From assembly GCA_964609395.1 (NCBI GenBank), contig CAZSRU010000004.1:6263-70262 (forward strand): a stretch of DNA of 64,000 nt, written 5' to 3'. The notes below the pieces were generated by a model. That model was not told the origin of the DNA and did no database searches. It saw only the letters and a program-made list of their open reading frames with translations. Positions 8,990 through 18,095 of this stretch are shown in pieces; position 1 is the stretch's first letter, and the number at the start of each line of letters is the position of its first letter. The position numbers and the translations under genes were made by a program. Source of the DNA: an uncultured Victivallales bacterium. GTDB taxonomy: Bacteria; Verrucomicrobiota; Kiritimatiellia; UBA8416.

Positions 8990-11698
8990 TCATGCCTTTA
9001 TCGCATAGCGGGCGGCTAAACCCGCGAGTGTCATTTGATCCTGGATCTGGTCGTGGGGGATGAGGAGGTAACGCCAAGGCTTGCCGCCGTTCTCCTTGGC
9101 GTGTGCCGTGGCGTGTTCGCACCATGTTGCGGCTGCATTGGCTTTGGCGATAACGGTTTCATCCGTCATCTCTTTTGACTGTTTTGGTTCGCAGAGCAGT
9201 TTCTCCGTCTGCGTCTCAACGACGAAATCAGGCTCGTAGGATTCGTCATGGCGAAAGTGAATCTGGAAGTCGCCCTTGGCGGGTTTAAACCACTTCAGAA
9301 CGGTGCCTTCATTCTCGAGGATCACCGCGAAACGACGTTCGGAGTCGGAGTCGAATTTCTGGATGGGGTAAAGGCATTTGCCAAAACTGCCGAATACCAT
9401 CGAGCCGATGTGGTTACGCTGGCCCTCGGGAACGGGAACGCGGAAATCACGTGTGTTCTCGTCTGCCGCAGCGGAGTAGTTGTTCGACCGGAGTGTACGG
9501 AAGCCTCTTGTCACGTGGGCCTCGTATTCACTCGCGGATTCGACAAAATGCTGTTGCATTTGAGAATGGATCAGGTTCGCGAGGGCCTGCTGGTGGAACT
9601 GGAGGACATTGATCACGTCGTCTTCCGTGGTCAAGTAAGATTGCAGGCGTGAAACGACCTGCCCTGCCAGCTTATACAGCAGGGCCGCGTGTTCGTCGTA
9701 ACTGACATCGTCGAAGTCGACCAGACCGCGAATCAGGTAGTCCTCTGGACGGTTTTCCATAACGATGCCGGTCCCATCCAGCAACCGATACCGCTGGTGC
9801 TCGTGCAGATGCTGGATCAGGATGTCCTGAGAGACCGGCTGGAGGTTGATATTCCTGACATCGAGGTTAAAGTCATTGTAGCCGCAAGAGACTTCACCTT
9901 TGGGAAGCACCACGATTTTGGGGATATCAATGGAGAGGTCGCAGAAAAGCGTCGTCGTGTCCTTGACGACCTTGGCGACATTCGTGATCTCGTAGACACC
10001 GGCTAATTCGCCTTGGGCCGGACGAACGATCTCCTGAACCTTCTGAACGATCTCCTGCTGAACGGCGGCATCATGGAGCTGATCGCTGCCCTTCAGGCGT
10101 TCGTACTGTTTGATGACTTGAAAGGTCGCCTTGGCAACCGACTGGTCCTCCGGCCTCTCGAAGAGCGTACGCTGCACTGCGGCCGGCTGGCCAAGGGCTG
10201 CGGGACGGGCAGGAACCATTCCACCGGAAAGGGCTTGCTCGAAGGCGCTCTTCACCTCTACGGCTTTGCGTCCGGCGTCGGGAATATCCCGACCGATCAC
10301 GACACCCGCCCGAATAATCGAGGTCGGATCGTTGGCGTGGTCCACGATCTCCTGGAACTTGTCGTGCGAAACGATGGTCAACCGGTCCACCGCCGGAACG
10401 CCTACGCGTTTCCCGTAGGGAAGACGCAAGCCACGCCCGATCGACTGTTCGACGAGAGTGCGCGAATTCGCTGCCCGGAGCGGCACGATCGTGTAGAGGT
10501 TCGTGACGTCCCAGCCTTCCTTGAGCATATTGACGTGGATGACGATCTCAACGGGATTATCCGGATGCTCGACGGTCAGAAGCTGCTGGACAACGTCATC
10601 CTTTTCCTCCCCGCGTATGTTGGAGTGGACTTGGATGACCTTGCCCTTATAGCGCCCCTCAAAGAACGCATCGCCTTCGATCAACTGTTGCAACGTGTTG
10701 GCGTGGGTGGTATCGGTTGCCACGACAAGCATGAACGGCTTGACAATGGGCTTGTCGTTATTGCGGGCGTAGATCTCCAGTTCGACCTTCGTGTTCTCAT
10801 GGATGCGCACGCCATCTTCCAATTTCACCTTTTCCAGCCCCTCGGGCGAGTAGGCGTTGGCATCGAAGTTCTCGCGGGTGGCGACAGCGGGCTCCTTTAC
10901 GAAACCGTCGTCCATTGCCGAAGAAAGCGGATAACTGTAGATGACGTTATTGAAAGGCACCGATCTGCCCCCGGTCTCCACCTGCGGCGTGGCAGTCAAC
11001 TCCAGTCCAAGAATAGGCTTGAGCTCGTTAATAGCGCGTACACCTGCGGTGGCGCGGTAACGGTGACTCTCATCCATGAGTACCACCAGATCTTCCAGGC
11101 CGGCGAGATAATCAAAGTAGCTTTCGCCGATGTACTCGCTTAGACGCTTGATCCGGGGAGCGTTCCCGCCACGCACCTCGCTGTTGATCTTTGAGATATT
11201 GAAAATATTGATGTGGACATCCTGTCCCCAGTCTGTCCCCGGCAACATGTCGGCACGACGCACGCCGCGACCGTCCTCGTAGGTGTCACCGGTCACGACA
11301 AGCGGGGGGTGGACGGCAAACTCACCGACCCCCTTGAAAACATATTTGGGCGTATTGGGTGTAAAATCGGCAATCAGCTTGTTATAGATTGTGAGATTGG
11401 GAGCCAGTACAAAGAAGTTGCGAATACCCTCTGACTGATAGAGGTAGGTTATGAACGCGCCCATGAGGCGCGTCTTTCCGACGCCCGTTGCCAAGGCGAA
11501 GCAAAGCGAAGGGAAATCCCGTTCAAACCCCTCGACCGAAGGGAACTCACTGCGGATCGTGTTCAATGCCGCGGCAGGATCGGCATCCTTGGACAAGTCG
11601 ACGATCTCGCATAAGCGGGCCAGAATTTCGAGAGAATCACGCTGCGGGGTGCGGAGACTCAGGCGATTGCTGATGGAGTTAATGTGCTGAAGCGCCAT
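8990..11698 (-). CDS. res: Type III restriction enzyme Res subunit
   Basis: 902 aa; helicase motif I (LATGVGKTRLMGAF) and II (VLMDESHR); C-terminal PD-ExK nuclease (YEPDFVVETQTEKLLCEPK); start 4 nt after mod stop. Confidence 0.85.
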   Translation of the reverse strand: MALQHINSISNRLSLRTPQRDSLEILARLCEIVDLSKDADPAAALNTIRSEFPSVEGFERDFPSLCFALATGVGKTRLMGAFITYLYQSEGIRNFFVLAPNLTIYNKLIADFTPNTPKYVFKGVGEFAVHPPLVVTGDTYEDGRGVRRADMLPGTDWGQDVHINIFNISKINSEVRGGNAPRIKRLSEYIGESYFDYLAGLEDLVVLMDESHRYRATAGVRAINELKPILGLELTATPQVETGGRSVPFNNVIYSYPLSSAMDDGFVKEPAVATRENFDANAYSPEGLEKVKLEDGVRIHENTKVELEIYARNNDKPIVKPFMLVVATDTTHANTLQQLIEGDAFFEGRYKGKVIQVHSNIRGEEKDDVVQQLLTVEHPDNPVEIVIHVNMLKEGWDVTNLYTIVPLRAANSRTLVEQSIGRGLRLPYGKRVGVPAVDRLTIVSHDKFQEIVDHANDPTSIIRAGVVIGRDIPDAGRKAVEVKSAFEQALSGGMVPARPAALGQPAAVQRTLFERPEDQSVAKATFQVIKQYERLKGSDQLHDAAVQQEIVQKVQEIVRPAQGELAGVYEITNVAKVVKDTTTLFCDLSIDIPKIVVLPKGEVSCGYNDFNLDVRNINLQPVSQDILIQHLHEHQRYRLLDGTGIVMENRPEDYLIRGLVDFDDVSYDEHAALLYKLAGQVVSRLQSYLTTEDDVINVLQFHQQALANLIHSQMQQHFVESASEYEAHVTRGFRTLRSNNYSAAADENTRDFRVPVPEGQRNHIGSMVFGSFGKCLYPIQKFDSDSERRFAVILENEGTVLKWFKPAKGDFQIHFRHDESYEPDFVVETQTEKLLCEPKQSKEMTDETVIAKANAAATWCEHATAHAKENGGKPWRYLLIPHDQIQDQMTLAGLAARYAIKA

Positions 11699-11700
11699 GA

Positions 11701-13485
11701 TTATTTATCTCCCGCAGGTTTGATGGTATCCATGTCGAAAAGTGTCGGGCCGGAATCCTTACCCTTGCCGAATTTCCGCGCCGGGCGCTTCGGCACAACA
11801 GAGGCGACGGAGGCTGCTGCTGGCAAGATTTCTGGCGCTTTTGGTAAGTTACTAATCTCCAGCGAATAATCGTCGTGCCCCCATTCGCACTTTTTCAGAA
11901 CCGCCTTGGGGATCTTCTTTACGGTTAAATTCTCAAACTGGCTGACATCGCACTTGAAGGCGGCACAGCAAACCAGAAGACTTCGATTCGGGCCGACGTC
12001 GTCGCTGAGTTTGATCAGCATCTCCTTGGTCATCATCTGCGTGGTCACATAGATGAAATCCTCCTCCGAGCTACGCCCCTGCTGCCAATATACATCAGGG
12101 TTCGGATCGAAAGTGAAGCCCTCCAGCTTGCACAACGCCTCGGCCAGCATGCCGGCATTGAAGGCGGGATTGATGACGGGGTTATCCCACTCGTCCTTGG
12201 CAATCAGAGACGGCCCAAGCCGGTAGTAGCGGAAGCCGCCGCCACCTTGCCAATTAACTGCATTGCTGATCCCGCCCTTATCCCCGCCGTCAATGACTTT
12301 CTGCAAGCGCGGAATGATGTGCGTGTGGCAATGCTCGCCCAGTTCAACCATGATCCACCGCCGCCCCATCTTATGGGCCACCGCGCCGGTGGTGCCGGAA
12401 CCCGCGAAAGAGTCGAGAACCCAGTCGCCGGGGTTGGATGACAACGAGAGAATGCGATGGACTAGTTTCTCAGGCTTTGGCGTTCCAAAGGGATCATCTT
12501 CGTTGAACGTCTTGGCCTCCTGCATTGCGATCCGATTTTCGCCGACCTCATCATAGTGCCAGGTTGTCATCGCAACGACGCCCTTGTCCTCAATCTCCGA
12601 GAGAAACCGCTTGATGCAGGGTTTGTTGCTGCCATCCTTGCCGAAGTACACGCGGTTGTCTGCCCTGAGCCGCTCGTATGAGGATTTCACATAGGCCCAT
12701 GCTCTGCCCTTTGCTGGCAGCGCAACTCTACCGGAAGGAGTGATGATCTCGTAGATATTGTCGCTGTGGCCGGTCTTTGCAAACTGCTTTCCTCGCTGCC
12801 CCGAAGAAAGACCAATTGTGAAGTCGCCAGGGAACCACGGGCCGCGCCCGTACGACTTGCCAGACTCATCAATGCCGTCGTGATCATCCGACTGTTTGTA
12901 AATTGCATTCTGTGCTTACGTCCGCTCCAGTTTCCCGGGGCGCCATAGCTCTTTGTTCTTGGCGAAGACCAAAATGTGATCGTGGCTCTCTGATAACCAC
13001 ACAGCATTGCTCTGAGGAGATGACTTCTTCCACCAGATCACGTTTGTGACGAAGTTGATGCGACCGAATATCTCGTCCATCAGAACCTTGCAATAGTGTC
13101 CCTCATTATCGTCGAGATTCACCCAGATTGATCCATCATCCGTTAGCAGCCGCCTCAGAATTTCAAGGCGGTCCCGCATCAGTGAAAGCCAAATCGAGTG
13201 TTCCACGCCGTCGTCATAGTGTGTGAATGCGGAACCCGTGTTGTAAGGCGGATCGATGTAGATGCACTTGATCTTGCCGGTGAACTCCTGTTCCAGCGCC
13301 TTGAGGGCGAGAAGGTTGTCGCCGAAGATCAGGCGATTATCGAAGAGATCGTGATTGGTCACGCGCTGGGCGGCGTGATAGGATTTCTCCGGTTCCTCGA
13401 CCAGGATGCGCGGTTCCAGTTGCGGCCGGTTCTCCTTGCCGATCCAGGTCAGTTCAAGCCGTGTGTTATTTTTTGCCATAATCAA
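11701..13485 (-). pseudogene. mod: Type III R-M Mod (N6-adenine/N4-cytosine beta-class methyltransferase) interrupted by one in-frame TAA
   Basis: Table ORFs 12916..13485 (DPPY motif IV: CIYIDPPYNTG) and 11701..12690 (motif I: VLDSFAGSGTTGAV) are in the same frame; the 225 nt between them translate without stops; only stop is TAA (tta on + strand) at 12916-12918; intact length would be ~594 aa. Confidence 0.75.
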
Positions 13486-13517
13486 TCCTTGGTCGTTGCG
13501 CGCGGAGGGGCGTGAGC

Positions 13518-16043
13518 CTATGTAGAGATTCCAATTGAGACAGGCACCTGAAGTTGAATACGAACGGGGGTGTAAAGATCGACTTTTGTTTCCGGTGTTT
13601 CAATCGAAACGATCAAGGCATAACGGGTTGTGCGATCCCACTTGCCTTTCTGGGGGCGTACGCGCCACCAACCAATGAGTGGCGTTATCACGATTAGGTT
13701 TGACTCGGCGAGCTCTGCTGCCGTCCCCGACCAGATATCCGAATGGATAGAACCTTTGTTGCGGGCCTGCCCAAGAAGCCAATGACTCGATGGGCTGTTG
13801 GTGCCCGGATGCCCGTTTTCCTCATCCCTGGCCGCATCATTAATGCGCCGCTCAAACTGCCCTCTATCCTCGGTGGGCGAATTCAGGTCAAAGCGGAGTC
13901 CATGGGAAGCATAACGGTAGCGGTCTTTCCATCCGACCTCGCCGGGACTCGGCTCGATGAAATAGGACAGCGTGACCCGCATACGGACAGTGGCATCCGG
14001 TGCCATCTGCTGCAAGGCTTCCTTTGGCCACGGCAACTCATAGAGATGCATGTCGCGAGTGCGGTAGCCACCGCTCTCCCTTTTATCGAACGGCTGGATT
14101 GCCTCTTGCGCGATAAGAGTCAGTCGGTTGCTGGCTGAATGCAGGGCCTTCTCAAGACTTGGAACCCCGTAGCCACAGGAACGCAACAGGCGTTTATAGG
14201 CCGTCTTGCTTTCGTCAGCGCAAAACTGCTGTTTGAGTGTATCGGTCCAGTCAGCGGAGTGGATCATCAGCCCGCGGACGGTTTCCGGCCAGAAATCAGG
14301 ATAGCGGACGCTGATCTGTGCGGCCATCCAAGCCGCTTGGGCGGTTGCGGCGCTGGTCATGCAAAACGGATAGAAATGTGCCTTTTGAGGATCGAAGAAG
14401 GTGGACAGCAATGACAAGTCGGCGCATTGGCTGATGAAGTTCGATGTCTGTTCCCGTGCCAGATTACCGCCTTCCAGGACAAGCTCTGGTTTAATGGGCC
14501 AACTGTCATTCCAAACCGTTGACGTTGTGCTAAACGGCGAGAGGCCGCCGCTTGGGGCAATGGGTGCATAACCGGACATACTGGGTTCACGAATCTCGTC
14601 GAGCTGTGTGAAAGCCCCGATGGTGAGAGCATTCCATGACTGAGCGGGATCGTGAACGGAATCCGTTTCTTGTGCGTCTGGGTAAGTGCCGCGGCCGTGT
14701 TCTTGCGAATTGCCGGCACTGACAATCAGCAAACGCCTGTGATCATCCTCCGCCCCCGAGCACAACTGATCCAGCGCTCCCGACCAAGACGAGGGGCGTC
14801 CCTGGTCGCGGTTGTCCGTCGTTGTCACAGCCATGCAGCCAATGCGTCGACGTTCGGGTGCTTGTATCTCGGCCTTGTAGATGGATTCTGCCGTGATGTG
14901 TCCCCATAGATGCGGGGCATTCCCTCCAGTTGGAGGGAGGATTTTGACGGACTCAAGGCAATGCGCCAGATTGACAGAACCCTTGCCAAGCATGAGTTCC
15001 TGCAAATCGTTGTATGCAGCGAGCCCCGCCATCAAGGTCCCGTGCTTATCGTGATCGTGTGTCCCCCAGGCTGCATCGAAACTGGCGCAATCGTCGGCGG
15101 ACAAGACGGGGGCCAGCAATGGATGACCGCGGTTGACGCCGGTATCGAGAATGCAAATAGACGTATCGGAATTCGGAACCACGTTGATTCTTTCGAGAAC
15201 GGATTCGACCCATTCGGCTTGATCCTTGTTATCGAGATCAAGCCAGAATGCAGCGGTTTCCTTGGCGCGACGATATTCCGCCACATCGTCGGATAATCGA
15301 CTAATGGACGCAAGCTGATCGCGGTTGACATGCACGAGCTTCACCGCCCTATCCGGGAACTTGATGCAGCCCGGTTTGCAATTAATTTGCTGGCTCGTGA
15401 GTAGGGTTTCAAACCGCTGGATGATGTCGTCACTGTCGGAGCTCAACCAGACTTCACACCATTCCGGGCTAGCGGCGGGGATTAAAGCCTTCTCATCCTG
15501 CCAAAAGGATTCAATTTCCAAGGCTTTACGAATACCGGAAATGCTTTCCAATAACACAGCGTGCTTAGGGTTATCCGATCTACTGTTCTCTTCTGTGGCG
15601 TACTGTTCGATTTTATTAAAGAAGGCGTCCTTCTTGCTGTGCGGGATAAAAATCGTGGCATAGGTAACCTTTTGCCCATCTTCTCCGGAAGATGGGCCGA
15701 CCGGTTCGCACCTGACGTTAAGCAGGCGCGTTCTATCAGCAATATCGCGAGGAACAAGATTCTCGAGGCTCTTGGTTACGAGTTGATACCCAGGCTCCCC
15801 TTTAATCTCGACAAAGACGCCATTTCGACCCGTATGGTGAACCACCTGCTCCTGCTTTGCCTCTGCCCATGCGGCAGCGAGCTGCTGTTTGAGAAAAGCA
15901 CTATGCCCGGCGCGATCGCGTGTGGGTACCGGGGGCGTCGTAACTTGAGATTGGCCGGGAGAGAATGTGCTCGTTTCGAATTGCTTGATTAACAAATGAG
16001 GGAGCTGGCTTTCCATCGCGACTATGCAACCTTCCGTCCACAC
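13518..16043 (-). CDS. subtilisin-like S8 serine peptidase, large cytoplasmic-type (IetS-like)
   Basis: 841 aa; S8 triad elements in D-H-S order: ICILDTGVNRGH, DKHGTLMAGLAAY, CMTSAATAQAAWMAA, plus oxyanion AGNS; no obvious signal peptide; overlaps upstream AAA ATPase gene by ~20 nt. Confidence 0.7.
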   Translation of the reverse strand: MWTEGCIVAMESQLPHLLIKQFETSTFSPGQSQVTTPPVPTRDRAGHSAFLKQQLAAAWAEAKQEQVVHHTGRNGVFVEIKGEPGYQLVTKSLENLVPRDIADRTRLLNVRCEPVGPSSGEDGQKVTYATIFIPHSKKDAFFNKIEQYATEENSRSDNPKHAVLLESISGIRKALEIESFWQDEKALIPAASPEWCEVWLSSDSDDIIQRFETLLTSQQINCKPGCIKFPDRAVKLVHVNRDQLASISRLSDDVAEYRRAKETAAFWLDLDNKDQAEWVESVLERINVVPNSDTSICILDTGVNRGHPLLAPVLSADDCASFDAAWGTHDHDKHGTLMAGLAAYNDLQELMLGKGSVNLAHCLESVKILPPTGGNAPHLWGHITAESIYKAEIQAPERRRIGCMAVTTTDNRDQGRPSSWSGALDQLCSGAEDDHRRLLIVSAGNSQEHGRGTYPDAQETDSVHDPAQSWNALTIGAFTQLDEIREPSMSGYAPIAPSGGLSPFSTTSTVWNDSWPIKPELVLEGGNLAREQTSNFISQCADLSLLSTFFDPQKAHFYPFCMTSAATAQAAWMAAQISVRYPDFWPETVRGLMIHSADWTDTLKQQFCADESKTAYKRLLRSCGYGVPSLEKALHSASNRLTLIAQEAIQPFDKRESGGYRTRDMHLYELPWPKEALQQMAPDATVRMRVTLSYFIEPSPGEVGWKDRYRYASHGLRFDLNSPTEDRGQFERRINDAARDEENGHPGTNSPSSHWLLGQARNKGSIHSDIWSGTAAELAESNLIVITPLIGWWRVRPQKGKWDRTTRYALIVSIETPETKVDLYTPVRIQLQVPVSIGIST

Positions 16044-16990
16044 GCATTTTGACGGTCCGCAATCGCTGCAATCAATTCACAAGCCTCGACATGCTTTTTA
16101 TCGCTAAGAACCACACTCTTAATCGCATCCCGGCAGGCATGGTCAATCTCTGCATGGCTCAAGCCGTTACAAGCGTCGATCACACGTTTCCATGAGAAGC
16201 GTGGCGCGATAAATGTACCCAGCACATTTTCAATCAAAGGTTTGACCTGATCGACTGATGGGCGCTCGTAATGCAGCACATCGTCGAAACGGCGGAACAA
16301 GGCATGGTCCAGCAAGCCGGGATTGTTTGTGGCGGCAATAATCAGGCTGTCTGATGTGTCCTGCTCGATGAATTGAAGAAAGGCATTTAGAACCCGCCGG
16401 ATTTCGCCGACGTCGTTATCGTGCGAGCGATCTCCGCCAATAGCATCGAACTCATCAAAGAGATAAACGCCATGAGCCTGCTGCATTAGATCGAATATCT
16501 GCCGAAGCTTAGCGCCCGTCTCCCCCATAAATTTAGTAACAAGGCGATCCACCTGGATGGTGTTCAGTGAAAGATTCAATTCCTTGGCCAAGACTTCCGC
16601 TGTCATGGTCTTGCCGGTTCCGGGAGGACCAACGAGCAGAATCTTGCGACGGTGAACCAATCCATGCTGCTTCAGCTTGTTCTGCTGCCGATATTCATGG
16701 ATGATTCGATCAAGCCGGGATCTGATGGTCGCCGGCACAACCATAGCCGAGATTGGCGTTAGAGGCTCCGTGGACAGGACCAGCCCTTTGAGATCAGCAG
16801 GGAAGCTAAGCAGCCGCGGACCCGCCTTCTTGCGTTCGGAGTCTATGATTTCGCGTAAATCGTGGGCCAAGGCGGCATGGCCCTGTCGAGCCTCCCCTGC
16901 GGCCAACTGCAATGAAACCGAGTAAAAGCGTTCGGCGTCATCACTGAAGTGCGACCGTATCAAAGACTTAAGTTGTTCGGCAGTAGCCAT
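16022..16990 (-). CDS. AAA family ATPase (IetA-like)
   Basis: 322 aa; Walker A LLVGPPGTGKTMTAEVLAKEL, Walker B VYLFDEFDAI; sits in AT-richer block directly upstream of S8 peptidase. Confidence 0.8.
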   Translation of the reverse strand: MATAEQLKSLIRSHFSDDAERFYSVSLQLAAGEARQGHAALAHDLREIIDSERKKAGPRLLSFPADLKGLVLSTEPLTPISAMVVPATIRSRLDRIIHEYRQQNKLKQHGLVHRRKILLVGPPGTGKTMTAEVLAKELNLSLNTIQVDRLVTKFMGETGAKLRQIFDLMQQAHGVYLFDEFDAIGGDRSHDNDVGEIRRVLNAFLQFIEQDTSDSLIIAATNNPGLLDHALFRRFDDVLHYERPSVDQVKPLIENVLGTFIAPRFSWKRVIDACNGLSHAEIDHACRDAIKSVVLSDKKHVEACELIAAIADRQNACGRKVA

Positions 16991-17111
16991 ATTAACCTCT
17001 CAATAAAACGTGGTCGTAGCTTAGCAGAAGCTGCGTTTAATTACATCACAAAACAGCTCTTGTCATAATTAGTAGGAAGCGAAACGATGCGCAATGCCCA
17101 CCCCTCAACGT

Positions 17112-18035
17112 TTACCCGCCACTCATGGAGGGTTCGCCGCCGTCCAGGCAGACGCGGTTACGGCCTTCCCTTTTCGCACGGTACAAGGCGGTGTCCGTTG
17201 CCAGGAACAACGTGTCGATGGTATCACCGTCGCGAACGGATCGGAGACCGATGCTGACCGTAATGGCAATATCCCCGGCCCGTGTCGATATCGGATTGTC
17301 CGCCACTATCATCCGAAGCCGTTCGAACAAAAGCCAGGCATCGTTGATCCCGGCGATGGCAATGACCAGGAACTCCTCGCCTCCGATCCGCCCGAAGTAG
17401 TCGTAATCCCGCAGGCCGCCTTCCAGCAGGCGAACCAACCCGCGCAGCGTCTCATCGCCAACCCCGTGACCGTATGTATCGTTGATTCTCTTGAAAAAAT
17501 CGATATCCAGAATGCCCACGGCCAGTCCCTGCCGGTGACGGGACTCGCGAGCAAGCTCGCGCGCAAGGGCTTTTTCAATCGCCCGGCGATTAAGGACACC
17601 CGTCAACGGGTCGTGCGAGGCTTCGTGCGCAAGTGCATCGCGCGTCCGGTATAGTTCTTCCTGCATCGCGATCAGGCGGCACCCCACTTCGACGCGGGCG
17701 CGTAACTCGCCGACGTCGAACGGTTTGGCCAGATAGTCGTCGGCCCCGGCCTCCAGCCCGGCGATGATGTCCGTCTTCCCGCTCTTGGAGGTCAGCATAA
17801 TCAGGTAGGGCGGCCTGTCGGTTTCCAGGGCGCGGACCCGGCGAATGACCTCCAACCCATCCATACCCGGCATCATCCAGTCGAGAATGGCTAGCCGGGG
17901 CGCATCCGCCTCCTGCAGCTTCTCCCACGCCGCAGAGCCATCAGTGACTTCCGTCACCTCGTGCCCGGCTTTCCCCAGGACAGCCGCCAGTATGGTTCGG
18001 CTGGTCAAATCGTCTTCAGCGATCAGTACACGCAT
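17112..18035 (-). CDS. response regulator with GGDEF diguanylate cyclase output (PleD/WspR-like)
   Basis: REC (VLIAEDDLTSRTIL...LDWMMPGMDG) + GGDEF with GGEEF active site (RIGGEEFLVIAIAG) and upstream RxxD-like region. Confidence 0.85.
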   Translation of the reverse strand: MRVLIAEDDLTSRTILAAVLGKAGHEVTEVTDGSAAWEKLQEADAPRLAILDWMMPGMDGLEVIRRVRALETDRPPYLIMLTSKSGKTDIIAGLEAGADDYLAKPFDVGELRARVEVGCRLIAMQEELYRTRDALAHEASHDPLTGVLNRRAIEKALARELARESRHRQGLAVGILDIDFFKRINDTYGHGVGDETLRGLVRLLEGGLRDYDYFGRIGGEEFLVIAIAGINDAWLLFERLRMIVADNPISTRAGDIAITVSIGLRSVRDGDTIDTLFLATDTALYRAKREGRNRVCLDGGEPSMSGG

Positions 18036-18095
18036 GATGTGTGCCTCCATTCGAGCCGTTCATATATTCCGGACGTATGCGCCATTCGCGAATTC

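Noticed and set aside
9006-9023. Stem-loop gcgggcggctaaacccgc as terminator of the 5679-8972 kinase
   Set aside because: It lies within the 3' coding end of the convergent res gene and lacks a U-tract. Possibly a bidirectional attenuator, but support is insufficient.
12687-13007. 106-aa ORF overlapping the mod gap region
   Set aside because: It is out of frame relative to both mod fragments and lies entirely inside the continuous mod reading frame. Artefact.
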